The notes: a model not told the origin generated them from the letters alone. Positions 8,900-19,017 are shown, counted from the first letter of the stretch. The stretch: 32,000 nucleotides of DNA from Caedimonas varicaedens (GCA_001192655.1 BBVC01000020.1:50204-82203), one strand, 5' to 3'. Program-made: numbers and translations.

Positions 8900-9705
8900 T
8901 TAATAACAATTTATATAATCTTGATAAATATAAGAAAATTAGTTATAATATTCGCATTAATACTACTGGAGAGGCTTTAGAAAGCCTAATCAAGGATGCT
9001 TTATGCGGTCAATTTCATTTAAATGAAAGAGAAAGAATATTATTACAAAGCAAATATTTTTCTTATACTGGTAATCAAAATAATCCTCCAGATTTAATTA
9101 TCAGAAATAGCGATGCTTTTGAAATTAAAAAAATTGAAAGCAATGAAGGTTCAATTGCTTTAAATAGCTCTTTCCCAAAAGATAAGTTGTACAGCAATAG
9201 CAGTATGATCACACATGCTTGCAAATATTGAGGATAGCTGGAAAGCAAAAGATATATGCTATATTATAGGATGCGTTGATAAAAAACAGTCAATAAAAAG
9301 TTTATGGTTTATTTATGGAGATTGCTATTGTGCAAATTCGGGGATATACACGAAGATAAAAGAAAAATAACAAATAGCATTCAAGAATTTGGTATTGAAT
9401 TAAGCGAGACAAATGAAATTGCAAAAATAAAGAAAATTGATCCTCTTGGAATAACCGATCTAAGAGTGCGAGGAATGTGGCATATAAAACATCCAAGCAA
9501 GGTGTTTCAATATATAACCACAAAACAATCAAAACCTCACATTAAAGCATTAATGCTGACAAGCAAATTTGAATCATTTGAGATGGGAATAAGAAAGCAA
9601 ATAGCAACTAAATGTAATTTGCAAAATGTAAAAATACAAAATCCTAATAATCCTGCAAATTTACTTGATGCAACTTTAATTGAATATGAATTTAAAGCTA
9701 GCTAA
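8860..9705 (+). pseudogene. NgoPII-like type II restriction endonuclease, decayed (no start codon, two compensating frameshifts)
   Basis: Frame 1 reads ...GEALESLIKDALCG...NNPPDLIIRNSDAFEIKKIES...ALNSSFPKDKL...ACKY, then stops at TGA 9229-9231. The reading continues in frame 2 (EDSWKAKDICYIIGCVDKK...YGDCYCA...) to TAA 9368-9370. It then returns to frame 1 (KITNSIQEFG...RVRGMW...NPNNPANL...) up to 9705. PPD...EIK fits a PD-(D/E)XK core. Confidence 0.7.
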
Positions 9706-9809
9706 TTCTATCCCTAAAAGTCAACATTTCTGCCAAACGACAAGGGGGCGTTTATTTTTGGAGAGATGCGGTATAATGACGGGTAATCAAACATAGGGGA
9801 GTCCCTCTG

Positions 9810-9968
9810 ATGAATCTTCATGACCCTGAAACCCAAACCACCTTGAGCATTATGGGCTTGTTGCTGACCTCGATGCTTGTTCTGTTGACTCTTGCGGGCT
9901 GTGCGAATATTCCTGATGGAGATGCATCATCTCTGCCATTGCCCTGTTGCAGGAAGCAGAAACTTTAA
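9810..9968 (+). CDS. Small putative lipoprotein (52 aa), below the ORF-track cutoff
   Basis: ggggag lies 8 nt upstream of the ATG. Translation: MNLHDPETQTTLSIMGLLLTSMLVLLTLAGCANIPDGDASSLPLPCCRKQKL, with a hydrophobic core and lipobox LAGC. Confidence 0.4.
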   Translation: MNLHDPETQTTLSIMGLLLTSMLVLLTLAGCANIPDGDASSLPLPCCRKQKL

Positions 9969-10248
9969 CTCACACAGGCAATCTATTATTTGTCGAGTTC
10001 CTGTTTTGCAACATGAAATAAGTCATTTTATCAATATGTTATGCATGAGAAGGTCACTAGGAATGTCCAGAAGCTTGCGCCATACGCCCATCCTTCAAAA
10101 TTGTTGTTGTCGCAGTGAGAAAGACTCAAAGCGCCAGTGGCACAAAAGATTTAGAATCAAGGAAAGAATTAATTTATCTCAATCCTTTTCATTTAAAGAT
10201 TTTATCCCTGTCCATTTTAGAGACGTCAGTAACCCTTATGAAATGGAG

Positions 10249-10300
10249 TGTTAGCGCCGGAGGTAAAATGATACAGATCATCGGTTGAATTTTGATACAC
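10249..10300 (+). repeat. IS21 left terminal repeats L1 (10249-10277) and L2 (10278-10300)
   Basis: L1 tgttagcgccggaggtaaaatgatacaga matches the reverse complement of 14491-14519 at 20/29 positions. L2 catcggttgaattttgatacac repeats the GATACA core. Multiple terminal repeats are typical of IS21. Confidence 0.8.
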
Positions 10301-10309
10301 CCACGCATT

Positions 10310-10329
10310 AACTCCTTTTCAAAGGAGTT
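10310..10329 (+). promoter_or_regulatory. Perfect 9-bp inverted repeat overlapping the istA Shine-Dalgarno
   Basis: aactccttt-tc-aaaggagtt lies 9 nt upstream of istA ATG 10338 and is conserved in every IS21 left end in the window. Confidence 0.45.
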
Positions 10330-10337
10330 TAGGAATA

Positions 10338-10958
10338 ATGATTCAGTGGGAACAAACGATGGAAATAAAAATATTACGCCGACAAGGCAAGAGTCTAAGA
10401 AGGATCGCTCATGAGGTTGGTATGGCCGTGAATACAGTTCGTAAATATCTCCAACATGAAGGCAGACCTTTTTATAAGAAGAGAAAAACGGTTGAGACTA
10501 AACTTGATCCATATAAACCTTATTTGCAAGAAAGGGTCAAACAGGCTCGCCCTTTTTGTCTTCCTGCAACGGTTTTGCTACGGGAGATACGCGATCAAGG
10601 ATATAGGGGTGGCGTGACACAATTAAGGTTATATCTGAATTCTTTAACCCCTGTGGTCTGTGAGGAAGTCGTTAGATTTGAAACAGAACCAGGCGCACAA
10701 ATGCAGATGGATTGGATTGAATTTCGAAAAGGGAAAAACCCTCTATCCGCTTTTGTCGCAACCCTTGGTTATAGTCGGGTCAGCTATGTCTGCTTTGTGG
10801 AGAATGAGAAATTATCGACATTACTTCAATGCCATGAAGATGCATTTGATTATTTTGGCGGTATCCCCTCTCAAGCCCTTTATGACAATATGAAGACTGT
10901 TATTCTGGCAAGAGATGCCTATGGTTTAGGGAAGCATCGCTATGCTGGGATGTTATAG
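10338..10958 (+). pseudogene. istA: istA N-terminal fragment (206 aa) terminated by the IS630 end
   Basis: Same sequence as the N-terminal ~200 aa of IstA. The stop TAG 10956-10958 is the first three bases of the inserted IS630. Confidence 0.9.
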
Positions 10959-11604
10959 CTAACAACATATAAAACGGTCATATTTTATTATCCTGAAATA
11001 ATTGCTCGATAGAACACCTTTTTTTGCGTCTAATTGCTTTTGCTTGTGCCCATTTATGCTCGATGGGATTAAAGTCTGGAGAATAAGGAGGCAGATACAG
11101 CACGATATGCCCTGCCTCAGCAATTGCTTTTTGCATCGCTTTTCCCTTATGAAAGGTGGCATTATCCAAAATAAGGACGCTTTTAGGAGGCAGTTTCGGA
11201 AGTAAATCGTCAATGATCCATTGTGTAAACACCTCGGTATTAATCGAGAAGCAGAACAAGCTCACGGTCAATAGCAGACCTTGGAATAAGGCGCCGATGA
11301 CATTCGTTCGTCCCTTTGCTCCCCAATCATGAATCCCCTCACATCTCTTTCCTTTTGGAGAATAACCATGAGTGCGTGGCATATGGTGTGCAAATCCAGA
11401 TTCATCAAGAGAAATGATAGGATGCCCTGCTTCTTCATAAGCTTTCAGCTCTTGACAAAAAGTAGCACGCTTTTCTGGATCGGCCTTGGGATGTTTGAGC
11501 GTTTTTTTTATAGGTCACATTCAAGCGTTTTAAAGCGTGCCATATCCCCATAGAGCTCACACCAAGACGTTCTGCTCTCTCGTACTGATAATCATCAGTG
11601 ATAA
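10956..11604 (-). mobile_element. IS630-family element, orfB-side 649 bp, truncated by the next IS21 left end
   Basis: Collinear with 605-1252. The junction gataa|tgttagcgcc lies at 11604/11605. Confidence 0.9.
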
Positions 11605-11693
11605 TGTTAGCGCCGGAGGTAAAATGATACAGATCATCGGTTGAATTTTGATACACCCACGCATTAACTCCTTTTCAAAGGAGTTTAGGAATA

Positions 11694-12323
11694 ATGATTC
11701 AGTGGGAACAAACGATGGAAATAAAAATATTACGCCGACAAGGCAAGAGTCTAAGAAGGATCGCTCATGAGGTTGGTATGGCCGTGAATACAGTTCGTAA
11801 ATATCTCCAACATGAAGGCAGACCTTTTTATAAGAAGAGAAAAACGGTTGAGACTAAACTTGATCCATATAAACCTTATTTGCAAGAAAGGGTCAAACAG
11901 GCTCGCCCTTTTTGTCTTCCTGCAACGGTTTTGCTACGGGAGATACGCGATCAAGGATATAGGGGTGGCGTGACACAATTAAGGTTATATCTGAATTCTT
12001 TAACCCCTGTGGTCTGTGAGGAAGTCGTTAGATTTGAAACAGAACCAGGCGCACAAATGCAGATGGATTGGATTGAATTTCGAAAAGGGAAAAACCCTCT
12101 ATCCGCTTTTGTCGCAACCCTTGGTTATAGTCGGGTCAGCTATGTCTGCTTTGTGGAGAATGAGAAATTATCGACATTACTTCAATGCCATGAAGATGCA
12201 TTTGATTATTTTGGCGGTATCCCCTCTCAAGCCCTTTATGACAATATGAAGACTGTTATTCTGGCAAGAGATGCCTATGGTTTAGGGAAGCATCGCTTTA
12301 ATTCTGGGATGTTAGATTGCTAA
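11694..12323 (+). pseudogene. istA: istA N-terminal part, interrupted by IS630
   Basis: 209-aa ORF ending ...KHRFNSGMLDC, with its stop inside the IS630 end. Confidence 0.9.
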
Positions 12324-13220
12324 CAACATATAAAACGGTCATATTTTATTATCCTGAAATAATTGCTCGATAGAACACCTTTTTTTGCGTCTAATTGCTT
12401 TTGCTTGTGCCCATTTATGCTCGATGGGATTAAAGTCTGGAGAATAAGGAGGCAGATACAGCACGATATGCCCTGCCTCAGCAATTGCTTTTTGCATCGC
12501 TTTTCCCTTATGAAAGGTGGCATTATCCAAAATAAGGACGCTTTTAGGAGGCAGTTTCGGAAGTAAATCGTCAATGATCCATTGTGTAAACACCTCGGTA
12601 TTAATCGAGAAGCAGAACAAGCTCACGGTCAATAGCAGACCTTGGAATAAGGCGCCGATGACATTCGTTCGTCCCTTTGCTCCCCAATCATGAATCCCCT
12701 CACATCTCTTTCCTTTTGGAGAATAACCATGAGTGCGTGGCATATGGTGTGCAAATCCAGATTCATCAAGAGAAATGATAGGATGCCCTGCTTCTTCATA
12801 AGCTTTCAGCTCTTGACAAAAAGTAGCACGCTTTTCTGGATCGGCCTTGGGATGTTTGAGCGTTTTTTTTATAGGTCACATTCAAGCGTTTTAAAGCGTG
12901 CCATATCCCCATAGAGCTCACACCAAGACGTTCTGCTCTCTCGTACTGATAAGCATCAGGATAAAGCTGTATATCTTCTTTAAGGGCATCCATATTAAGC
13001 TTAGTGGCTGGTTTATGACGATGTGTCTGAGGCTCAGGCTTCTTGACCCATCTGACAAGACTGGTCACTCCAACACCAAAGAGATCCGCCGTTTCAGCAA
13101 AACTCAAATTTTTCTTCTTTTTTACAGATAAAACACGAAGTCTAAAATCTAATGAATAGGTCATGGAATAATCCTCTTAAAAATTATCCATAATATAACC
13201 ATTTTAAAGGTTTTTAGCTA
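12317..13220 (-). mobile_element. IS630-family element, essentially complete, nested in istA (variant orfB-side junction)
   Basis: IRL-side junction ...tttttagcta|TA|gattttgcc at 13220-13222. The orfB-side junction reads gttagatt|gctaacaac instead of gtta|tagctaacaac. Confidence 0.85.
12339..13164 (-). CDS. IS630-family transposase orfA/orfB (apparently intact; needs the A8 shift at 12863-12870)
   Basis: Encodes the same proteins as 627-1452. Confidence 0.8.
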
Positions 13221-13222
13221 TA

Positions 13223-14436
<1,214 letters not shown>

Positions 14437-14454
14437 ACCCTTATTTTTTTATCT

Positions 14455-14519
14455 CAGGTGTATCAATTTTCATCCGAGGATTTTTAAAAATCTGTATCAA
14501 ATTTCAGCCGATGTTGACA
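14455..14519 (+). repeat. IS21 right terminal repeats R2 (14455-14479) and R1 (14491-14519)
   Basis: Reverse complements cctcggatgaaaattgatacacctg and tgtcaacatcggctgaaatttgatacaga share the GATACA core with L1 and L2. Confidence 0.8.
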
Positions 14520-14800
14520 ACATCAAGACAAACAAGAATTCCTAATGCAATGGGGAGATCGTAATGGCTGCCTTCCTTGGCAAGGTCAGCAGGAGATAAA
14601 TTCACGATAATGCGTTTGGGCGGCAGGGAAATTCCCATGGCATAAAGGGCGGATCGGACGCGCTCGCGCGATTCGGCAACAGCTTTATCTGGCAGTCCTA
14701 CAATTTGAAAAGCAGGCAATCCCGAAGCCATTTGAACTTGTACATCAACCGGAAGAGGATCAATTCCCGCAAAGGCAACGGTATTAATGCGTGCAACCAT
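14504..14800 (-). pseudogene. comM: comM/yifB (Mg-chelatase-like ATPase) N-terminal fragment, truncated by the IS21 right end at 14519/14520
   Basis: MVARINTVAFAGIDPLPVDVQVQMASGLPAFQIVGLPDKAVAESRERVRSAL...NLSPADLAKEGSHYDLPIALGIL is the typical ComM/YifB N-terminus. The last codons and the stop come from IS21 sequence. Confidence 0.8.
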
Positions 14801-14839
14801 AAAAAATTATACTCTTTGCTTTTTAAACTGTGAGAAATA

Positions 14840-15790
14840 TTAAAAGGTCTTGCTCTTCTTTTCGAGAGCATCCCAGATCAGGGAAGCGGAATTCATATCA
14901 TAAAGTCGATCCAGAACCCGAAGCCCTGTGGGAGAAGTTACATTAATTTCAATTAAATAGGAACCGATAATATCGATGCCAACAAAAAAGAGTCCTCGCT
15001 TTTTAAGGATGGGGCCAATATGTCGGCAAATTTCTTGATCGCGAGCGTTGGGCTTATAGGCTGTGGCTGATCCACCGCGCGCGGCATTACTGCGGATACT
15101 ATTGTGAGCAGGAATTCTTGTGTATCCAGCCATCAGTTCTCCATCAAGGAGAAAAAGTCGATGATCTCCCTCTAAAATTTCAGGAAGAAACTTCTGGATC
15201 ATCCAGGGCTGATGGGGATAAGCCTTGCGAAAAAGGTCAATGGCCGCCATGATGTTTTGATCATTTTTTTTCAAACGCAGAACACCTTCTCCCCCAAATT
15301 CATAAAGAGGTTTCATCACAACATCATGATGTTGATCCAGAAAATCCTGAATTTCTGGGGCTTCTTGCGTAATAAGTGTTGGGGGCATCAAATCAGGAAA
15401 ATGCGTAATAAGAATTTTCTCAGGACTCTGTCGTATGCCCTGGGGGTCGTTCACCATGAAGACTTTTCCTGAAAGATGATCCAGTAAGTGAGTCGTTGTA
15501 ATATACCCCATATCAAAAGGCGGATCCTGACGGATAAACAGAGTATCAAAGGTTTCAAGCTCTAAATGTTCTGAAGCGCCTGAAACAAGAGATTCTTGAT
15601 TGCTTTTACCCGTTTCCAGTTTTGCGCCCCAGGCACGCAGATGTCCTTCTCTCCAACTCAACGTAGAGGGCGTATAATAATAAATCTCATGTCCACGTCT
15701 TTGACCTTCTTCAATGAGGGCAACAGTTGAATCTCTTTGAAAGTTCAAGCAAGAGAGTGGATCCATTTGAAATACAACGCGAAGAGACAT
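14840..15790 (-). CDS. gshB: Glutathione synthetase
   Basis: Collinear with E. coli GshB as I recall it (VFQMDPL, RQDPPFD, FVGIDIIGSYLIEINVTSPTG). I prefer ATG 15790 over the GTG at 15793. Confidence 0.9.
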   Translation of the reverse strand: MSLRVVFQMDPLSCLNFQRDSTVALIEEGQRRGHEIYYYTPSTLSWREGHLRAWGAKLETGKSNQESLVSGASEHLELETFDTLFIRQDPPFDMGYITTTHLLDHLSGKVFMVNDPQGIRQSPEKILITHFPDLMPPTLITQEAPEIQDFLDQHHDVVMKPLYEFGGEGVLRLKKNDQNIMAAIDLFRKAYPHQPWMIQKFLPEILEGDHRLFLLDGELMAGYTRIPAHNSIRSNAARGGSATAYKPNARDQEICRHIGPILKKRGLFFVGIDIIGSYLIEINVTSPTGLRVLDRLYDMNSASLIWDALEKKSKTF

Positions 15791-15809
15791 CACTGATTAT
15801 CCTGTTAGC

Positions 15810-16595
15810 TTATTGGAAAGACGAACCTGTATTGGGCGCATCCAGCGGTTGTGACTCGATCATATCGTTCGCAGCAGGCGCTTCTGTTCTGATGGGTTGA
15901 TCTGTCAAGGGTATCTGCTCGACAGGAGAATCAGAAGAAGGAAAGGTATTATTTCCATTTTGAGGGGGCTGGTTTCCTGTTGGATCAGAGGCTGGAGTCT
16001 GTTGGGGCGCCATATTTTCCTGTGATTTGATCGTGACATAACTCGTCACTTTCTTGACACCATTGATGTGTCGGGCGTGATCGATTACCTTATCCAGCTC
16101 TTGTTTGCTTTGAGCAATTCCCATAAGGTAAATAATCCCGCCTATGGTTTGGATATTATAGTTAAGTGAGCGAATATCATCATCTCCAAGGAGCCCTGAT
16201 TTGAGTTGAGTAGAGATCCAGGAATCTTTTACATAATCTGTGAAGCTTTCTCCCTCTCCAATGGTTGTTTCATCAATAATTTCCTTGATGCCGTGGACTT
16301 TCCATGCCAAACGAATAGCCTCGATTTGAGATTGGGGCTTATCAACAATTCCTGTTAATAAGACGCGTCCCTGATGCACAACAACGTCAATTTTATTCAC
16401 AAGTTCAGGTTTGTGCTGGTGCCACTGAAACTGAATTTTTGTTTTGATCTCTGTATCTGAGAAAGCACCCTGAAAACCTCGTTCTTCACTGGCTGAGGTT
16501 GCCACAGTGACCGCTCCCCCCATAAAAAGGACAGGGGCACATCCTGAAAGAGCAATCAAACTTCCAAGAGCTGAGATAGACATCATATGTTTCAT
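15810..16595 (-). CDS. BON-domain lipoprotein (DolP/YraP/OsmY-like) with a Pro/Gln-rich tail
   Basis: aggag Shine-Dalgarno, signal peptide with lipobox LSGC, and two BON-like segments. It sits next to yraN, as in the enterobacterial yraN-dolP neighbourhood. Confidence 0.7.
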   Translation of the reverse strand: MKHMMSISALGSLIALSGCAPVLFMGGAVTVATSASEERGFQGAFSDTEIKTKIQFQWHQHKPELVNKIDVVVHQGRVLLTGIVDKPQSQIEAIRLAWKVHGIKEIIDETTIGEGESFTDYVKDSWISTQLKSGLLGDDDIRSLNYNIQTIGGIIYLMGIAQSKQELDKVIDHARHINGVKKVTSYVTIKSQENMAPQQTPASDPTGNQPPQNGNNTFPSSDSPVEQIPLTDQPIRTEAPAANDMIESQPLDAPNTGSSFQ

Positions 16596-16604
16596 TTTAA
16601 ACTC

Positions 16605-16949
16605 CTATATTTCATTCCACGCATTCTGCAAATGTTGCCATCTCCAAGGCCAAAAGGCGATGACATCAAACCGTATTTCTCCCGTGATCCACCGAGGGTG
16701 TTTCGCAAGATACATTTTGGCAGCCTGAACAATTCTTTTGCGTTGTAAAAGAGAAAGCGAATCCAGGGCTTCTGAAAGAGAAGGGCGATTTTTAACTTCT
16801 ACAAAGACAAGCTGTTTTCTTTTTGAGGCAATCACATCAATTTCTCCTACAGGGGTTTTAAACCGCTCTGCCAGGATTTTATATCCCTTGAGACGAAGGA
16901 TGACAATGGCTCGTTTTTCTGCCCATCGTCCTTTCTTATAGGGGGTCAT
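16605..16949 (-). CDS. yraN: YraN family (UPF0102) endonuclease-like protein
   Basis: GEIDVIA...LVFVEVKNR motif, about 114 aa. The start overlaps the rsmI stop by 1 nt (TAATG). Confidence 0.8.
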   Translation of the reverse strand: MTPYKKGRWAEKRAIVILRLKGYKILAERFKTPVGEIDVIASKRKQLVFVEVKNRPSLSEALDSLSLLQRKRIVQAAKMYLAKHPRWITGEIRFDVIAFWPWRWQHLQNAWNEI

Positions 16950-17848
16950 TATGTTTTCTCCTGAATTTTCAGAGCTTTTTCATAAATATGTTTCCTTGAA
17001 ATTCCTGAAAAAAGGCTTATTTCCTGGACAGCATCTTTTAGACTAAGAGTTTTTAATGCTGTGCGGAGACCTTTTTCCAGCGTTTCGTCATCCCATAGAT
17101 TTTCTTCTTCTGAAGGGGGAGCGACCAACAGGACAATTTCACCACGCGGTTGACTCTCCTGAAAATGGTCTGTGACCTCTTTTAAAGATCCCCGAATAAT
17201 TTCTTCAAATTTTTTAGTCATTTCCCTTACGACAACAATTTCTCGCATTGAAAAACCATGTTGTAAATCCTGCAAAGTTTCCTTGAACCTTTGGGGAGAT
17301 TCATAAAAAATTAGGGTTCCCGGGATTTTTTTCAGATTGTCGAGGTCTTTCACGCGAGACGCCGATTTGGCAGGCAAAAATCCTGCAAAAAAGAAGCGGT
17401 GTGTGGGCAGCCCTGATAAAACCAGGGCATTGATGACGGCGGAAGGCCCAGGAAGTCCTGTTATAAATAATCCGGCTGTCAGGGCAGCTCTGACAAGCTT
17501 ATACCCAGGGTCAGAAATCAGGGGAGTACCAGCGTCGCTGATCAGCGCCAGACGTTTTCCCTCTTGAACCTGAACCAAAAGGGAAGGGATCATTTTTGAT
17601 TCGTTATAATCATGAAGAGCCTTCAGAGGCGCAGAAACACTATAGTGCATCAAAAGCGTTCGGCTTACGCGGGTATCCTCACATAAAATCAGATCAACAG
17701 AATGAAGAATCTCCAGCGCCCGCACCGTTATATCCTTAAGATTGCCCAGAGGGGTTGCCACGATATAAATCCCTGCTTGAAGATCACGCTTTTCCACAGT
17801 AGGCTTGGCATCATGATGAAAAGGATAAGGAGTGTTTGATTGTGTCAC
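16949..17848 (-). CDS. rsmI: 16S rRNA (cytidine1402-2'-O)-methyltransferase
   Basis: GIYIVATPLGNL, ILCEDTR and SDAGTP.ISDPG are tetrapyrrole-methylase-fold RsmI signatures. Conserved rsmI-yraN linkage. Confidence 0.85.
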   Translation of the reverse strand: MTQSNTPYPFHHDAKPTVEKRDLQAGIYIVATPLGNLKDITVRALEILHSVDLILCEDTRVSRTLLMHYSVSAPLKALHDYNESKMIPSLLVQVQEGKRLALISDAGTPLISDPGYKLVRAALTAGLFITGLPGPSAVINALVLSGLPTHRFFFAGFLPAKSASRVKDLDNLKKIPGTLIFYESPQRFKETLQDLQHGFSMREIVVVREMTKKFEEIIRGSLKEVTDHFQESQPRGEIVLLVAPPSEEENLWDDETLEKGLRTALKTLSLKDAVQEISLFSGISRKHIYEKALKIQEKT

Positions 17849-19011
17849 GACGCTATCTCTTCAATATAAGGAACATGGTTGTTTTGGCTGCAATTCTTGC
17901 GGGTTGTAGCGACATGATATCGGATGACACCCTGAAAACTCAAGCCCCTTCTGTTCAGATACAACCCAAAAAAATTAAACCCCAGCCTAAAATAAAAAAG
18001 CAGACAGGACAGAAAGTTGCTCTTTTGTTGCCTCTTTCAGGAAAAGAAGCGACTTTGGGGCAGGCAATGAAAAATGCAGCTGAACTCAGTCTTTTTGAAA
18101 ATGCGGACGATCATCTTGAATTATTGGTGAAAGATACAAAAAACACACCCGAAGGCGCTGTGGTTGCGGCGCAAGCTGCACTTGACCAAGGTGCTCAACT
18201 CATTCTGGGTCCTGTGTTTGCACAAGAAGTTCGAGCTGTGCTGCCGTATGCCCAGATGCGCAATGTGCCTGTGATTTCATTCTCCAGCGATCGGAGTGTT
18301 GCGGGTCGGGGAAATTATATTATGGGCTTTTCGCCTCAGGAACAAATTAAACGCGTGGTGAGTTTTGCAAAATCGAAAGGCATCGATCGTTTGGTTGTTT
18401 TGGTGCCTTCTACGCCCTATGGCTTATTAGTGACCTCTTGTTTGAAGGAGTTATCAGAAGCAGGAGAGACGACCATTGTTACCGCGGTTACCTATACTGG
18501 AGGAGGAGAAAAACTAGTAGATGAACTGAAACGGATAAACACACTTTCTTTTAATGGTGTTCTTTTGCCGGTGGGAGGAGAAAATCTGAAAATTCTGCTT
18601 GCGAATATGCAGGCTTTTGGATTTGATTTCTCAAAAGTGCAGCTTTTAGGAACTGGGCTGTGGGATACTGCTGAGACACAGGAAATTCCTCTTTTGGTAG
18701 GCGCGTGGTATGCTTCTGTAGAACCATTGCAGCGACTGCCTTTTGAAGCGCATTTTCGAGAGAGTTATGGCACCTTGCCCGCACGTATTGCAACATTGGC
18801 ATATGACAGCGTTTATCTGGCGGCGGCTCTTAGTAAAAATAATCCGTCACGTCCCTTTCAAAAGGAAATGTTGACGCAACCAGAAGGTTTTAAGGGGATT
18901 GATGGTTTATTTCGCCTGAAATCGCAGGGAGAAACGGAACGATCCCTGGCAATCCTTGAAATAACCCCCCAGGGGACACACGTTATATCCCCTGCCGAGA
19001 ATCATTTTTAG
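17836..19011 (+). CDS. LpoA/LppC-like penicillin-binding-protein activator (periplasmic-binding-fold lipoprotein)
   Basis: Lipobox LAGC after RRYLFNIRNMVVLAAI, followed by a type-I periplasmic binding fold. It is divergent from rsmI, as lpoA is in E. coli. The start is uncertain (TTG 17836, GTG 17842 or ATG 17875). Confidence 0.7.
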   Translation: MIVSRRYLFNIRNMVVLAAILAGCSDMISDDTLKTQAPSVQIQPKKIKPQPKIKKQTGQKVALLLPLSGKEATLGQAMKNAAELSLFENADDHLELLVKDTKNTPEGAVVAAQAALDQGAQLILGPVFAQEVRAVLPYAQMRNVPVISFSSDRSVAGRGNYIMGFSPQEQIKRVVSFAKSKGIDRLVVLVPSTPYGLLVTSCLKELSEAGETTIVTAVTYTGGGEKLVDELKRINTLSFNGVLLPVGGENLKILLANMQAFGFDFSKVQLLGTGLWDTAETQEIPLLVGAWYASVEPLQRLPFEAHFRESYGTLPARIATLAYDSVYLAAALSKNNPSRPFQKEMLTQPEGFKGIDGLFRLKSQGETERSLAILEITPQGTHVISPAENHF

Positions 19012-19017
19012 GTTTTT

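Larger units (their letters stand above)
10249..10955 (+). mobile_element. IS21-family element, left end plus istA 5' part, cut at the same TA by IS630
   Basis: Starts with terminal TGTTAGCGCC. Same sequence as 11605-12316 and the reverse complement of 24412-25121. A 3-bp deletion variant near 10941 gives KHRYAGML instead of KHRFNSGML. Confidence 0.9.

Noticed and set aside
9892-10254. 120-aa Cys/Arg/His-rich ORF running into the IS21 left end
   Set aside because: It has no Shine-Dalgarno, an unusual composition, a stop codon supplied by the IS21 terminus (TGT-TAG), and it overlaps the lipoprotein ORF. Probably non-coding.
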